Shown in pieces: positions 46,905 through 55,738 of a DNA stretch of 64,000 nt. The notes under the pieces were generated by a model that was given only the letters and a program-made list of their open reading frames with translations, was not told where the DNA came from and did not search any database. The DNA comes from Gammaproteobacteria bacterium (GTDB lineage Bacteria; Pseudomonadota; Gammaproteobacteria; Pseudomonadales; Ketobacteraceae). The stretch lies in the NCBI GenBank assembly GCA_013178375.1, contig JABLXQ010000009.1, positions 82,347-146,346 of the forward strand, read 5' to 3'. How positions within the stretch are numbered: position 1 is the stretch's first letter; each line of letters starts with the position of its first letter. Both the position numbers and the translations under genes were made by a program.

Positions 46905-48995
46905 TCAGGCCTGCTGTTCTTCCGCCGGTTTGACCTCGACAGGTTTGGTCTCGGCAGCACTGCCCAGATTCAAAAGCCGGTTGAACGCCTGATTGATCAT
47001 CGGGCTTTTCGCGGCAATGCCATTCACCGCGTTGCCGATGGACAGCGCCTTGGCGAAGTTCGCGAAGTAATCGCCTTCGCCACCGACGATTTCGATCTTC
47101 GCTTTTTGCAGCGCGGCGCCCAGCACTTCGGCCTGCTCTTTGGCGATGTCCTTGTTGGCGGCAATCGTCGCCATGACTTCCTCGAACGCCAGCTCCAGCC
47201 GCATGCGCAATTCCTCGAACTCGCGCGCTGCCGGGCTCATGTTGTTCATGGCGCTGAATTTCTCGGTCAGGCCATCGGCTTCGGCGCGGCCCTTCTCGCG
47301 AATCACGTCCGCCGACGCAATGCCTTTCTCCCGTTCCGCCAGCGCCACTGCCTTGCCAATGGCTTCGTCGCCCGATGCCTGCGCCGCCAGCTTCTCCTTC
47401 AGCGCGCGGGCTTCCGCCAGACCGATCTGCTCGTCGCCACGGGCCTTCGCCGACAGTTTTTCTTCCAGCACCTTGGCATCTGCCAGGCCCTGTTTCTCGT
47501 TGGCTTCCGCCTGCGCCTCGATCACGCGCGCCTTTGCCAGACCCAATGCCTGGTCTGCATTGGCTTTCGCCACGCCTTCTTTTTCCAGCGCTGCCGCCTG
47601 GGCTTCCTTCACCCGCGCGTCCGCCAGGCCCGGTGCCGCCTGCTCCGCCTGCATGCCTTCGGCCCGCTTGATCTGGGCCTCGGCCTGCTTCGCCGCCGCT
47701 TCCAATTCCGCCTGGGCGATGGTGTTGATTTCCTTCGCCTTGTGAATGGCCTTGCGCTCTTCCGCCTCGGCTTTCTTCACCTGCTTCACCAAATCCTCTT
47801 CAGCGATGGCCTGGGCATCCAGAATCTTCGCCTGCTTGGAACGCTCGGCTTCGGAAATGGTGCGCACATCCTTGATCCGCTCTTCTTCCTCGGCCACTTT
47901 CTTGTCTACCGCGATGCGCTCGGAAATGGTGTTGGCGATGATCTTACGCTCCTCTTCCAGCGCTTTTTCCTTGTCGATGGTCTGCAGCTCCACCTCGCGT
48001 TCGCGATTGACGATTTCCAGCTGGCGCGCCTTCTCCACTTTTTCGTGCTCAATCGCCACCACACGCTCGCGGTTTTTCTCGGCGATCTCGATCTGGCGCT
48101 GTTTATTTTGTTCAGACACCGCCAGCGCTTCCTCGGTTTCGATGCGGGCCTGCTCCGCCTTGCGCCGCTCCTCTTCTTTCACCTTGCTGGTTTCCGCTTC
48201 TTCGCGGGCACGAATCGATTCCACCTCGCGCTTCTGCCGCGCCTCGGCATCGGCCTGCTGTTTTTCCAGTTCCAGCATGGCTTCGCGGGTCGACACGTTC
48301 TTGCGGGTGATTTCCAGTTCCTCGTCGCGCTCCAGCCGGTTGGTTTCGATATTCTGCTGGGCGGTAATCTGGGTGATCTTGCGGATGCCTTCGGAATCCA
48401 GAATGTTGTTGGGATCGAGGGCGGATTTCGGGGTCTGCTCCAGATAATCGATGGCCACATCTTCCAGCACATAGCCGTTGAGATCGTCGCCAATCACTTC
48501 AATGATTTTGTCGCGGAACTGGATACGGTTTTCAAACAGCTCCAGGAATTCCATTTTCTTGCCGACGGTTTTTAATGCCTCGGAGAATTTCGCGTTGAAC
48601 AGCTCACTCACCGCATCCTTGCTCGACGCCCGCTCCACGCCCACCGCCTTCGCCACCTTCAGCACATCCTCGGTGGTTTCATTCACGCGCAGATAGAACG
48701 CCACCGTGATGTCCGCCCGCAGATTATCCTTGCAGATCAGACCGTCCTTGCCGCTGCGATCGATCTCCAGGGTGATGACGGAAATCTTCATCACTTCCTT
48801 CTTGAAAATCACAGGCCAGACGATAGCGCCGGTAAAACTCACCTTCGGCACCGATGCCAGCGTGTTGACGATCAGCGCCTGCCCCTGTTCCACTTTGATA
48901 TAGAACGCCTTCACTGCCAGCAGCAACAACACCAGCACCGCAAAAGAACCGCCCACCACGGTGATCCAGAAAAAAATCCAGCCCGAATCGAACAT
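46905..48995 (-). CDS. yqiK: Flotillin / SPFH (band 7) family protein, YqiK-like.
   Basis: AGGAGAG RBS. N-terminal TM IFFWITVVGGSFAVLVLLLLAV, then an SPFH domain, then about 350 aa of EA/AK-rich coiled coil. Confidence 0.85.
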   Translation of the reverse strand: MFDSGWIFFWITVVGGSFAVLVLLLLAVKAFYIKVEQGQALIVNTLASVPKVSFTGAIVWPVIFKKEVMKISVITLEIDRSGKDGLICKDNLRADITVAFYLRVNETTEDVLKVAKAVGVERASSKDAVSELFNAKFSEALKTVGKKMEFLELFENRIQFRDKIIEVIGDDLNGYVLEDVAIDYLEQTPKSALDPNNILDSEGIRKITQITAQQNIETNRLERDEELEITRKNVSTREAMLELEKQQADAEARQKREVESIRAREEAETSKVKEEERRKAEQARIETEEALAVSEQNKQRQIEIAEKNRERVVAIEHEKVEKARQLEIVNREREVELQTIDKEKALEEERKIIANTISERIAVDKKVAEEEERIKDVRTISEAERSKQAKILDAQAIAEEDLVKQVKKAEAEERKAIHKAKEINTIAQAELEAAAKQAEAQIKRAEGMQAEQAAPGLADARVKEAQAAALEKEGVAKANADQALGLAKARVIEAQAEANEKQGLADAKVLEEKLSAKARGDEQIGLAEARALKEKLAAQASGDEAIGKAVALAEREKGIASADVIREKGRAEADGLTEKFSAMNNMSPAAREFEELRMRLELAFEEVMATIAANKDIAKEQAEVLGAALQKAKIEIVGGEGDYFANFAKALSIGNAVNGIAAKSPMINQAFNRLLNLGSAAETKPVEVKPAEEQQA

Positions 48996-49012
48996 TGTGT
49001 TTCTCTCCTAAT

Positions 49013-49075
49013 GAAAGCTCTGCCTATTAAAAGCTCTGCCTGTTACAAGACCAGCCTGTTATAAAGCCTGTTCAG
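49013..49075 (-). repeat. Short direct repeats in the yqiJ-flotillin intercistronic spacer.
   Basis: AAAGCTCTGCCT(A/G)TTA appears twice (49013..49028 and 49029..49044), followed by CAGCCTGTTA and AAGCCTGTTCA. The GCCTGTT core occurs four times in 60 nt. Confidence 0.6.
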
Positions 49076-49683
49076 CTCTTGAATTCATGTTCCGGCACGA
49101 CCCAGAACAGGTTCGTGTCCTTGCGATGCTCGATCAGCACCACCTTGTCGCCCCGCTGCAAGCCCTTGCCGGCTTCGGCGCGCACTTTCAGGATCAGCTC
49201 GGCGCCATCGATCACCGTGGTCGCCTCGCCAAACGTTTCGTCCACCCGGCTGGAGCGCACGGTGCAGAGCGCACCAATCAGCACCTTGTCCGGCGCCGAC
49301 GCGTTCAACGCCCGGAACAGGGGGCGCAGCGGTTTCACCACCTGCGCGCTCACCAGTACAGACACCGCCAGCGACACCGGAATGGCCAGCGTGCCGGTCA
49401 CATAGTTGAGCCAGTTGCCCGGCTCGCCCACGAACAGCAGCGCCACGATCAGGTAGCAGGTGGCCCAGGAAAACAGCGCCACCAGCCCCAGTACCATCGA
49501 CAGCGGAACCCCCTTCAGGCCCAGCGTGGTCATCAGGCCCGACAGCGCTTCGAATTCGAAATCAACGTCGTCGAATCCCGCCAGCCCCACTGCCGCCAGC
49601 AACAGGTAGAGGAACGCAAAAGCGCCAAAAATCGTAAAGATAACCGTGGGATAACTCGAAATGTTCTGCAGGAACGCTTCCAT
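49072..49683 (-). CDS. yqiJ: YqiJ/NfeD-like membrane protein (flotillin partner).
   Basis: N-terminal TM bundle, then a C-terminal soluble beta domain (VVLIEHRKDTNLFWVVP). Conserved yqiJ-yqiK order. Confidence 0.7.
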   Translation of the reverse strand: MEAFLQNISSYPTVIFTIFGAFAFLYLLLAAVGLAGFDDVDFEFEALSGLMTTLGLKGVPLSMVLGLVALFSWATCYLIVALLFVGEPGNWLNYVTGTLAIPVSLAVSVLVSAQVVKPLRPLFRALNASAPDKVLIGALCTVRSSRVDETFGEATTVIDGAELILKVRAEAGKGLQRGDKVVLIEHRKDTNLFWVVPEHEFKS

Positions 49684-49698
49684 ACACAGCCCCCGGCC

Positions 49699-49916
49699 AT
49701 TGACATATCATGTCAATCTAGTAACAACGACATATTATGTCAATGGCAAAAATCCATACTTGTTGTAGTGGACAGCCCGGCGCTATTTTGTATTGAATGC
49801 CGGCTACCGTTTCAGTCGTGCAGGCACTATAGCCAAGCCATACGGACATAACAAAAAATTGTTTGACATATTATGTCGTGCGGCCTAGCCTTTCCCGTAC
49901 GACATAATATGTCAAC
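49699..49916. promoter_or_regulatory. Four palindromic operator-like sites (consensus TTGACAT-N3-ATGTCAA) in the divergent promoter region.
   Basis: Site 1 at 49699..49717 is ATTGACAT-atc-ATGTCAAT (8-3-8, perfect). Site 2 at 49726..49744 is aacGACAT-att-ATGTCAAT. Site 3 at 49862..49880 is TTTGACAT-att-ATGTCgtg. Site 4 at 49898..49916 is tacGACAT-aat-ATGTCAAc. One pair flanks each divergent promoter. Confidence 0.7.
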
Positions 49917-49943
49917 CACTTCTACCCGGCGCAGGAGACCTCA

Positions 49944-50351
49944 ATGCACCGATTGCAGGAACTGACCTACACCCTGAGCGACCTCAACTATGAAGGCCAC
50001 ACCTTCAACTGCCTGCCCATTGGCGGCGCGCAGAATGTGTTGCAGATACTGGTGTCGGATCTGGACGAAATGCCAATCTATGTCACTGTCACCGACACCC
50101 AGATGCTGTGTATCACCTATCTGTGCCGGCGTGACGAGATCCGCACCGACAAGCGTGATGAACTCAACCGGTCCATGCTGGAAATGAACGTTGCCGTGCC
50201 ACTCAGCTCGTTCGCGCTGATCGAGGACTACTATGTAATATTCGGCGCACTTTCCACCACCAGCAGCATCAATGATATCTGCCGGGAACTGGTTACCCTG
50301 GCCGCCAACGCCTACGACGCGCTGGAAGCCATCGAAGAATTTCTGGTTTGA
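49944..50351 (+). CDS. yjfI: YjfI-like protein (DUF2170).
   Basis: 135 aa, acidic, soluble. It sits immediately upstream of a PspA/IM30-family gene as in the enterobacterial yjfIJ pair. Assignment is by context and size. Confidence 0.45.
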   Translation: MHRLQELTYTLSDLNYEGHTFNCLPIGGAQNVLQILVSDLDEMPIYVTVTDTQMLCITYLCRRDEIRTDKRDELNRSMLEMNVAVPLSSFALIEDYYVIFGALSTTSSINDICRELVTLAANAYDALEAIEEFLV

Positions 50352-50384
50352 ACCTCATTTGAGCGACGTAACGGGAGACACCCC

Positions 50385-51080
50385 ATGAGCAGCGTATTCG
50401 ACAAACTCTGGACCGCCCTGCGCGGCGGCGCACGGGAAATCGGTGACGCCATCGTCGATGCCAACGGCATCCGCATTTTCGAGCAGGAAATCAAGGACGC
50501 CACCGACAACATCGCCACCGCGAAAAGAAGCCTCACCGAAGTGATGGCCAGAAAGATGCAGGCTGTGCGCAAGGTGGCGGAACTGGGCGACGCCATTACC
50601 CAGAATGAACGCTTTGCCACCCAGGCCCTTGAGCAGAACAACGAGGCACTGGCACTGGATGTGGCCGGCAAGATCGCAGGACTGGAGAACGACCGCAACG
50701 AGCAGGCTGCCATCGTCACCCGGCTGGATCACCAGATTGAACAGCTTAAGGCGCACATCAAGAAAGCCGAGAAGCTGATCGCCGATCACGAGCGCGAACT
50801 GGCCATTGTGCGCACCACAGAAAGCGTGCAGAAGGCCACCGAACAAGTGGTGGAAAACGTGGCCGCCAACAACTCCTCCCTGAATTCCGCCCGCGATTCC
50901 CTGGAGCGCATCAAGAAGCGGCAGGAACTGAAACAGGACCAGATGGCCGCCGGCGAACTGCTGGATAGTGAATTGGGCGACCAGGGCCTGGACGCCAAGC
51001 TGGAGGCCGCCGGCATCAAGGGAACAAAAGCCGATGCGGCTGCCATTCTGGCACGGCTGAAGGCGGCCAAACCTTCCTGA
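50385..51080 (+). CDS. yjfJ: PspA/IM30 family protein (YjfJ-like).
   Basis: 231 aa, all coiled coil. MSSVFDKLWTALRGGAREIGDAIVDANGIRIFEQEIKDA is typical of the N-terminus of PspA/YjfJ/Vipp1 (ESCRT-III superfamily). Confidence 0.7.
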   Translation: MSSVFDKLWTALRGGAREIGDAIVDANGIRIFEQEIKDATDNIATAKRSLTEVMARKMQAVRKVAELGDAITQNERFATQALEQNNEALALDVAGKIAGLENDRNEQAAIVTRLDHQIEQLKAHIKKAEKLIADHERELAIVRTTESVQKATEQVVENVAANNSSLNSARDSLERIKKRQELKQDQMAAGELLDSELGDQGLDAKLEAAGIKGTKADAAAILARLKAAKPS

Positions 51081-51207
51081 TATAATGCGGGTCTTATAAT
51101 ATGGCCCTGCAGCGGCGCGCAGCAGCCCGGGTGGCTCTCCGCGCCGTGACGTCATTTATTGCCACTACTGATTACCGGAAACCCAGGCGGAACCACAGGC
51201 TGAACCG

Positions 51208-51522
51208 ATGAAGAATTCCCGCTGGCAACAAGAACAGAACGCCATCAAGGCCGTGCAGGTGGCGTTCGACATTTCCGCCGAGGCCCAGAAGGTCATCAAG
51301 CAGGAAGCCCTGTCCAACAACCTCAATCCACCGGACCAGATCCGCAAGATTCTCGGCCTGTCCTACAACAAGAAACCGGTACGTCCGCGCCTGACCGTAA
51401 CGCTGAAAGACGAGGATTTCGAAGTGCTGGCGGCCCGCTACGGGCTTGACCCGAAGGACCAGGCCGCCATCAAGGAAAAAGTGGTGGAAGAGCTGGTGGG
51501 CTTCGCCCGCAAACCGCGCTGA
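51208..51522 (+). CDS. Small protein with two tandem ribbon-helix-helix-like units (putative DNA-binding).
   Basis: Unit 1: KAVQVAF (beta), DISAEAQKVIKQEAL, PPDQIRKILG. Unit 2: PRLTVTL (beta), KDEDFEVLAARYG, DQAAIKEKVVEEL. Each matches the RHH beta-alpha-alpha pattern. Confidence 0.4.
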   Translation: MKNSRWQQEQNAIKAVQVAFDISAEAQKVIKQEALSNNLNPPDQIRKILGLSYNKKPVRPRLTVTLKDEDFEVLAARYGLDPKDQAAIKEKVVEELVGFARKPR

Positions 51523-51548
51523 TCCTCATCTTCAGGGCAGCTCCGGCG

Positions 51549-52520
51549 TTACAGCCAGCCCTTGCGGCGGAAAAACAGCAACTGGGTTGTCACCACCGAC
51601 AGCATCACGCCAATCAGAATGAAGTAGCCATTTTCCGAATGCAGTTCCGGCATGTTGTCGAAGTTCATGCCGTAAATCCCCGACAGCAAACCCAGCGGCA
51701 CGAAGATCGCCGTAATCACCGTCAATGCCTGCATGGTTTTGTTCAGCTGGTGCGATGTCAGCGACAGATAACCCTCCACCAGATCCCCGCACTGATCGTA
51801 AAACAGCGTGCCCAGGCTGTGCATGCGTTCGCATTTGTCATACACGTCCTGCAACGCGTGATAGAGCGCCACATCCTCGCCATTCAATTCCGCTGTCGGC
51901 TCCTTGATGATCTGGCGCACGATCCGTTCGTGGTAGCTGAACACCCGGGTCAGCTTGCGCAGGCGCGACCGGTACATCACCAGCTTGTGCATCATGGTGT
52001 CGGTGGGGCGCGTCAGCATGTCATCCTCGATCTGGCTCAGCTTGTCTTCCAGTTCCAGCAGCCCGGCCAAATAGCCATTCATCGAAGCACGCAGAATGCG
52101 CATCATCAGCAATGCCGGTTTTTTCAGGTAAGTGGCCAGCTCATTGTTCTGGTCCCACACCGACTGAATACCGATGGAATGGCCATCGCGACGGGTGATC
52201 AGGAAATTCGTACCAACAAAAAACGCCAGCTGGACGTGATCAATATCGAGATCGGCATCGAAGCGCTGAAAGCCGCGATAAAGCATGAAAGTGTAGTGAT
52301 CGAATTCCTCCACCTTGGGCGGATGCCGCGGGCGCTGGGCGTCACTGATCGCCATGGGATTGATGTTCAGGTTCAGCAGCAGCTTCTCCTCGGCGTGGGG
52401 ATCTTCGTTCTCAAGATCCAGCCAGAGCACGCTGCCCGGGCTGTCGCGCCAGCGCTCGGCGGCGGACGAATCAAACCGGAGAAGACCGCCATCGGCGGTC
52501 AATAGTATGGATCGGATCAT
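51549..52520 (-). CDS. CorA/ZntB-family divalent cation transporter.
   Basis: Two C-terminal TM helices with the YGMNF signature (GMN motif) in SGIYGMNFDNMPE. The ATG at 52520 gives 323 aa. Confidence 0.85.
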   Translation of the reverse strand: MIRSILLTADGGLLRFDSSAAERWRDSPGSVLWLDLENEDPHAEEKLLLNLNINPMAISDAQRPRHPPKVEEFDHYTFMLYRGFQRFDADLDIDHVQLAFFVGTNFLITRRDGHSIGIQSVWDQNNELATYLKKPALLMMRILRASMNGYLAGLLELEDKLSQIEDDMLTRPTDTMMHKLVMYRSRLRKLTRVFSYHERIVRQIIKEPTAELNGEDVALYHALQDVYDKCERMHSLGTLFYDQCGDLVEGYLSLTSHQLNKTMQALTVITAIFVPLGLLSGIYGMNFDNMPELHSENGYFILIGVMLSVVTTQLLFFRRKGWL

Positions 52521-52748
52521 GCGTCCTGCTTCCTGTGCGGGCCCCGTTATGCGCAACATTGTAGCGACTAATTGGTAATTTTCACATCATTCCGGCACTG
52601 CGTTTGCCGCCGTAGAAAAAGCGTAAAACTTAAGGAAAAGTTAGGGTTTTCTTACGCAACATTTAGCAACGCCATGCGTCTCTTCGCCCTATGCTTTCCA
52701 TCACCGAACGACAGGCCCGACCAGGGGCCGCACCCAGGGAGAGACCAC

Positions 52749-53417
52749 ATGCACCAGCAACGCTTCGACATTTACCGCCTCATTCACAAAGGTCTGCGCG
52801 CCTATCTGACGGAAACCCTGCTGGCCGTTGGCCGCATGGACCTGGACGCCTCCGCCGATCTGCATGCAGGCCTGACCCAGCTGCACAGCCTGCTGGATTT
52901 CTGCGAAAGCCACCTGCAGCACGAAAACACCTTTATCCATCCGGCGATGAACCTGTGCCAGCCCGGTTCCGCCGACTCGATGTCGGATCATCACCAGCAA
53001 CATGTGGCGATGATCGCGGAACTGCGCGGCGCGGCGCGGCAGTTGCGTGCCTGCGCCCAGCCGGACCGGGAACTGCTGGCTGCTCAGCTGTACCGCAAGC
53101 TGGCGCTGTTCGTGGCGGACAACCTGGCACACATGCACGAAGAGGAAACCCGCAACAACAGCATCCTTTGGAACTGCTACAGCGATGCCGAAATCCAGGC
53201 CATCCATCAGGCGATCTTGCAATCCATTCCACCGCAGGAAAACGCCGTGGCCATGCACTGGATGCTGGCGGCGCTGAATCATCAGGAACGGCATGCGCTG
53301 CTGAGCGGTATGCGCCGGGAAGCGCCACAGCCGGTATTTGAGAACACGCTGGCGATTGCGCAGCAGAACCTGCCCCGTTCCGAATGGAACAAACTGCAAT
53401 TCGCACTGGCCTGCTGA
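52749..53417 (+). CDS. Hemerythrin-like (HHE cation-binding) domain protein.
   Basis: Spaced His/Glu ligands in IHKGLRAYL, HLQHENTFIHP, HHQQHVAMIAEL and LAHMHEEETRNN. All alpha. Confidence 0.5.
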   Translation: MHQQRFDIYRLIHKGLRAYLTETLLAVGRMDLDASADLHAGLTQLHSLLDFCESHLQHENTFIHPAMNLCQPGSADSMSDHHQQHVAMIAELRGAARQLRACAQPDRELLAAQLYRKLALFVADNLAHMHEEETRNNSILWNCYSDAEIQAIHQAILQSIPPQENAVAMHWMLAALNHQERHALLSGMRREAPQPVFENTLAIAQQNLPRSEWNKLQFALAC

Positions 53418-53462
53418 GACGCGGAGCGACCTTACATTCAATCGTTAAACAAGGAGATTATC

Positions 53463-53891
53463 ATGGAGATGAAAATGGAAAACTTTGCAGCGCGCTGGAT
53501 CTACATGGCGGTGATTTATTTCGTGGTGGCCGTGGGCCTGGGCATTTTCATGGGCGCATCCCACGACCACAGTCTGATGGCGGTGCACGCGCACCTGAAT
53601 CTGCTGGGCTGGGTGTCGCAGGGGCTGACGGGCGTGATCTATCACTATTTCCAGAACGCGGGCCGCAGCAAGCTGGCATCAGCGCATTTCTGGATCTACA
53701 ACGTTGCATTGGCACCGATGATGCTGGCGTTGGCATTGCTCCTCAAGGGCAACGTGGCGGCGGAACCGGTGCTGGGGATTCTGTCGATGGTGATGGGCAT
53801 CAGCGTCCTGCTGTTCGCAATCAACATGTTTCTGCCGCGCAAGGCCAGCGGCAATGCGTCAAAGCGCAGCGCCAACCTCGTGCTCCAGTAA
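53463..53891 (+). CDS. His-rich 4-TM membrane protein (hypothetical).
   Basis: 142 aa. SHDHSLMAVHAHLNLLGWVSQGLTGVIYHY carries intramembrane His residues. Confidence 0.45.
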   Translation: MEMKMENFAARWIYMAVIYFVVAVGLGIFMGASHDHSLMAVHAHLNLLGWVSQGLTGVIYHYFQNAGRSKLASAHFWIYNVALAPMMLALALLLKGNVAAEPVLGILSMVMGISVLLFAINMFLPRKASGNASKRSANLVLQ

Positions 53892-55205
53892 CTGCACCGG
53901 CTGGTTCACCTGCAGACGAAAACGTCCACGCCCTGTCTTCACGATCGCCAGGGCGCTGGATTTCTCAGCCAGCCGCCGCTGCAACAGAATCAGGCGCGCT
54001 TCCAGATTGTCGTCGATATCTGGCAGATTCAAATGTTTGTCCAGCCGCAATTCGCGGTTGCTGAATTCAGTGCGGTTTTCATGGACGTAGTAATGCAAAA
54101 GACGCCAGAGGATGGCGCCGGCCACACCCTTGATCAGGTAATCGTCGCCGATAAAAACGCTGTGATTGGCGGGATAAAAACGAATCTGCAGACGCGCGCC
54201 TGCCGGTGACGCGCCCACCGCAACTGCAGCGGTATCCGTTTCCACATCGCCCGCCTGCTGCAGCTGCACAAGGTTCAACGCAATCTGCTGCGCCAGTACT
54301 GACAGGCCGTCTTCATCCTCGAAACCGAAGCGCATGTCCTGCGCGCTTTCTACATACAGCACACCGAGCAGTTTGCCCGACGCCAGCAACGGCAACGCCA
54401 TCTGGCTGTGGGGCTCCGCCAGGCCGGGAAACGGAATTGCCGTCTCCAGCCGCTGCGGATCGAGGCCGGCATTTTCCCGCACCGCCTTGCTGTAGCTGTA
54501 TTCCGCCGCCATGTGGGTAATGCGGATCGGCGTCTGGTACTGCGCTGCTACGCCGATCACGCCGCAACCCAGCGGAATTTCCGAACCAATGCCGGAATGG
54601 ACGTAACCCCGGCTCGCCACCGTATAAAGTTTGTGACCGCACTCGTCCCACATCAGCAACAGGGAATGGCGGATGTCGAGCATTTCCTCCAGACCACCCA
54701 ACACTTCCTCAAACAGGCCCGCCATGTCGCCGCAACCCGCGACGCGCTGGCCCAGCGCCCGCAGCACGGTCAGCCAGTTGTAGGGCGGCAACGCGCGCGG
54801 AGCCTCGGCACCGGGCACGCGTTCGATATCCAGTACACGGCACACATCGGCGCCGCGCAGTTCAAACACGCCAGCCATGCCCGTGTGCGACGCAATGCCC
54901 GCCAGCTTCGCCTTCATGTTCTGGAACAGCGGGCCATCGGTTTCGGTGCGCAAATACAGCAGCGCCAGACGATAACGCGCGGCGGTTTCAGGATCGATCA
55001 GATACGCGGTGAGCTGCGGATTGGCCAGCATGTTGCCGCGGGTCTTGTTGAAAAACTGGAAGGACAGCGCCACCTGATTGCTGTCGACATAATGCACCTG
55101 CGACACATAGGACACGTTGGGAATTCCGTTGGCGTCGCAGGTGGCGACCACGCCGGGGATCGCACCCTCCAGGCTGTGACGGATGGTATCCAGGGCGATT
55201 TTCAT
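53859..55205 (-). CDS. PNPOx-like FMN-binding split-barrel domain fused to a GAF domain.
   Basis: The N-terminal 130 aa (GAIPGVVATCDANGIPNVSYVSQVHYVD) is pyridoxamine-5-phosphate-oxidase-like. The central GAF is CGHKLYTVASRGYVHSGIGSEIPLGCGVIGVAAQ. Confidence 0.55.
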   Translation of the reverse strand: MKIALDTIRHSLEGAIPGVVATCDANGIPNVSYVSQVHYVDSNQVALSFQFFNKTRGNMLANPQLTAYLIDPETAARYRLALLYLRTETDGPLFQNMKAKLAGIASHTGMAGVFELRGADVCRVLDIERVPGAEAPRALPPYNWLTVLRALGQRVAGCGDMAGLFEEVLGGLEEMLDIRHSLLLMWDECGHKLYTVASRGYVHSGIGSEIPLGCGVIGVAAQYQTPIRITHMAAEYSYSKAVRENAGLDPQRLETAIPFPGLAEPHSQMALPLLASGKLLGVLYVESAQDMRFGFEDEDGLSVLAQQIALNLVQLQQAGDVETDTAAVAVGASPAGARLQIRFYPANHSVFIGDDYLIKGVAGAILWRLLHYYVHENRTEFSNRELRLDKHLNLPDIDDNLEARLILLQRRLAEKSSALAIVKTGRGRFRLQVNQPVQLLEHEVGAAL

Positions 55206-55738
55206 GGCAGCGGCTCCAGCCGGGCGCCCGCGTTGGGGCCGGGGGTCTGCAGGAACACGTCGTCCGGCGTGAAGGTCACGGCCACCAGATCGGATTTCTC
55301 ATGCTGGTAATAGAGCCCGGTGAAGGCGCGGGAAAAACCGATGGTGAGCAGGTCGTCGGCAAAGGCCTCGAAACTGGTCTGGACCAGCTGTTCGTCACCG
55401 GACGAGGCTGTTTCCAGACGCGCATCCGAGCCCTTGATCTGCAGCGAACGGTGGGTGCTGGGGCGGGTGAACACCACCGCGATCTGGCCGGACTTCTCCA
55501 GATCCCGCAGCAGCGCCTCGCTCTGGGATTTCACCAGCAGCAGGCGCAGGGTACGGCCGCCGTCGCATACCGCGCACCCTAGGCCGCGCGCCAGGGACGG
55601 CACATGCCGCACATCCCGCGAGGCCACGCAGACCGACACGCCGGAGCGGATGAAGTCGGCGTCCTCAGGGCGCAGGACGGGGGGTGAGGGGGCGGTGGTG
55701 GACATGGGTGTGGGAATCCCGGCAGATGACCCAATCAT
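55202..55738 (-). CDS. PNPOx-like FMN-binding family protein.
   Basis: GAGGGGG RBS. SGVSVCVASRDVRHVPSLARGLGCAVCDGGRTLRLLL is split-barrel-like. Its stop overlaps the downstream gene start (55202..55205). Confidence 0.5.
   Translation of the reverse strand: MIGSSAGIPTPMSTTAPSPPVLRPEDADFIRSGVSVCVASRDVRHVPSLARGLGCAVCDGGRTLRLLLVKSQSEALLRDLEKSGQIAVVFTRPSTHRSLQIKGSDARLETASSGDEQLVQTSFEAFADDLLTIGFSRAFTGLYYQHEKSDLVAVTFTPDDVFLQTPGPNAGARLEPLP

Noticed and set aside
45082-48575. +ORFs 45082..46236 (384 aa) and 46758..48575 (605 aa).
   Set aside because: They are antisense to the giant ATPase and flotillin genes. Their products are L/R/G-rich low-complexity.
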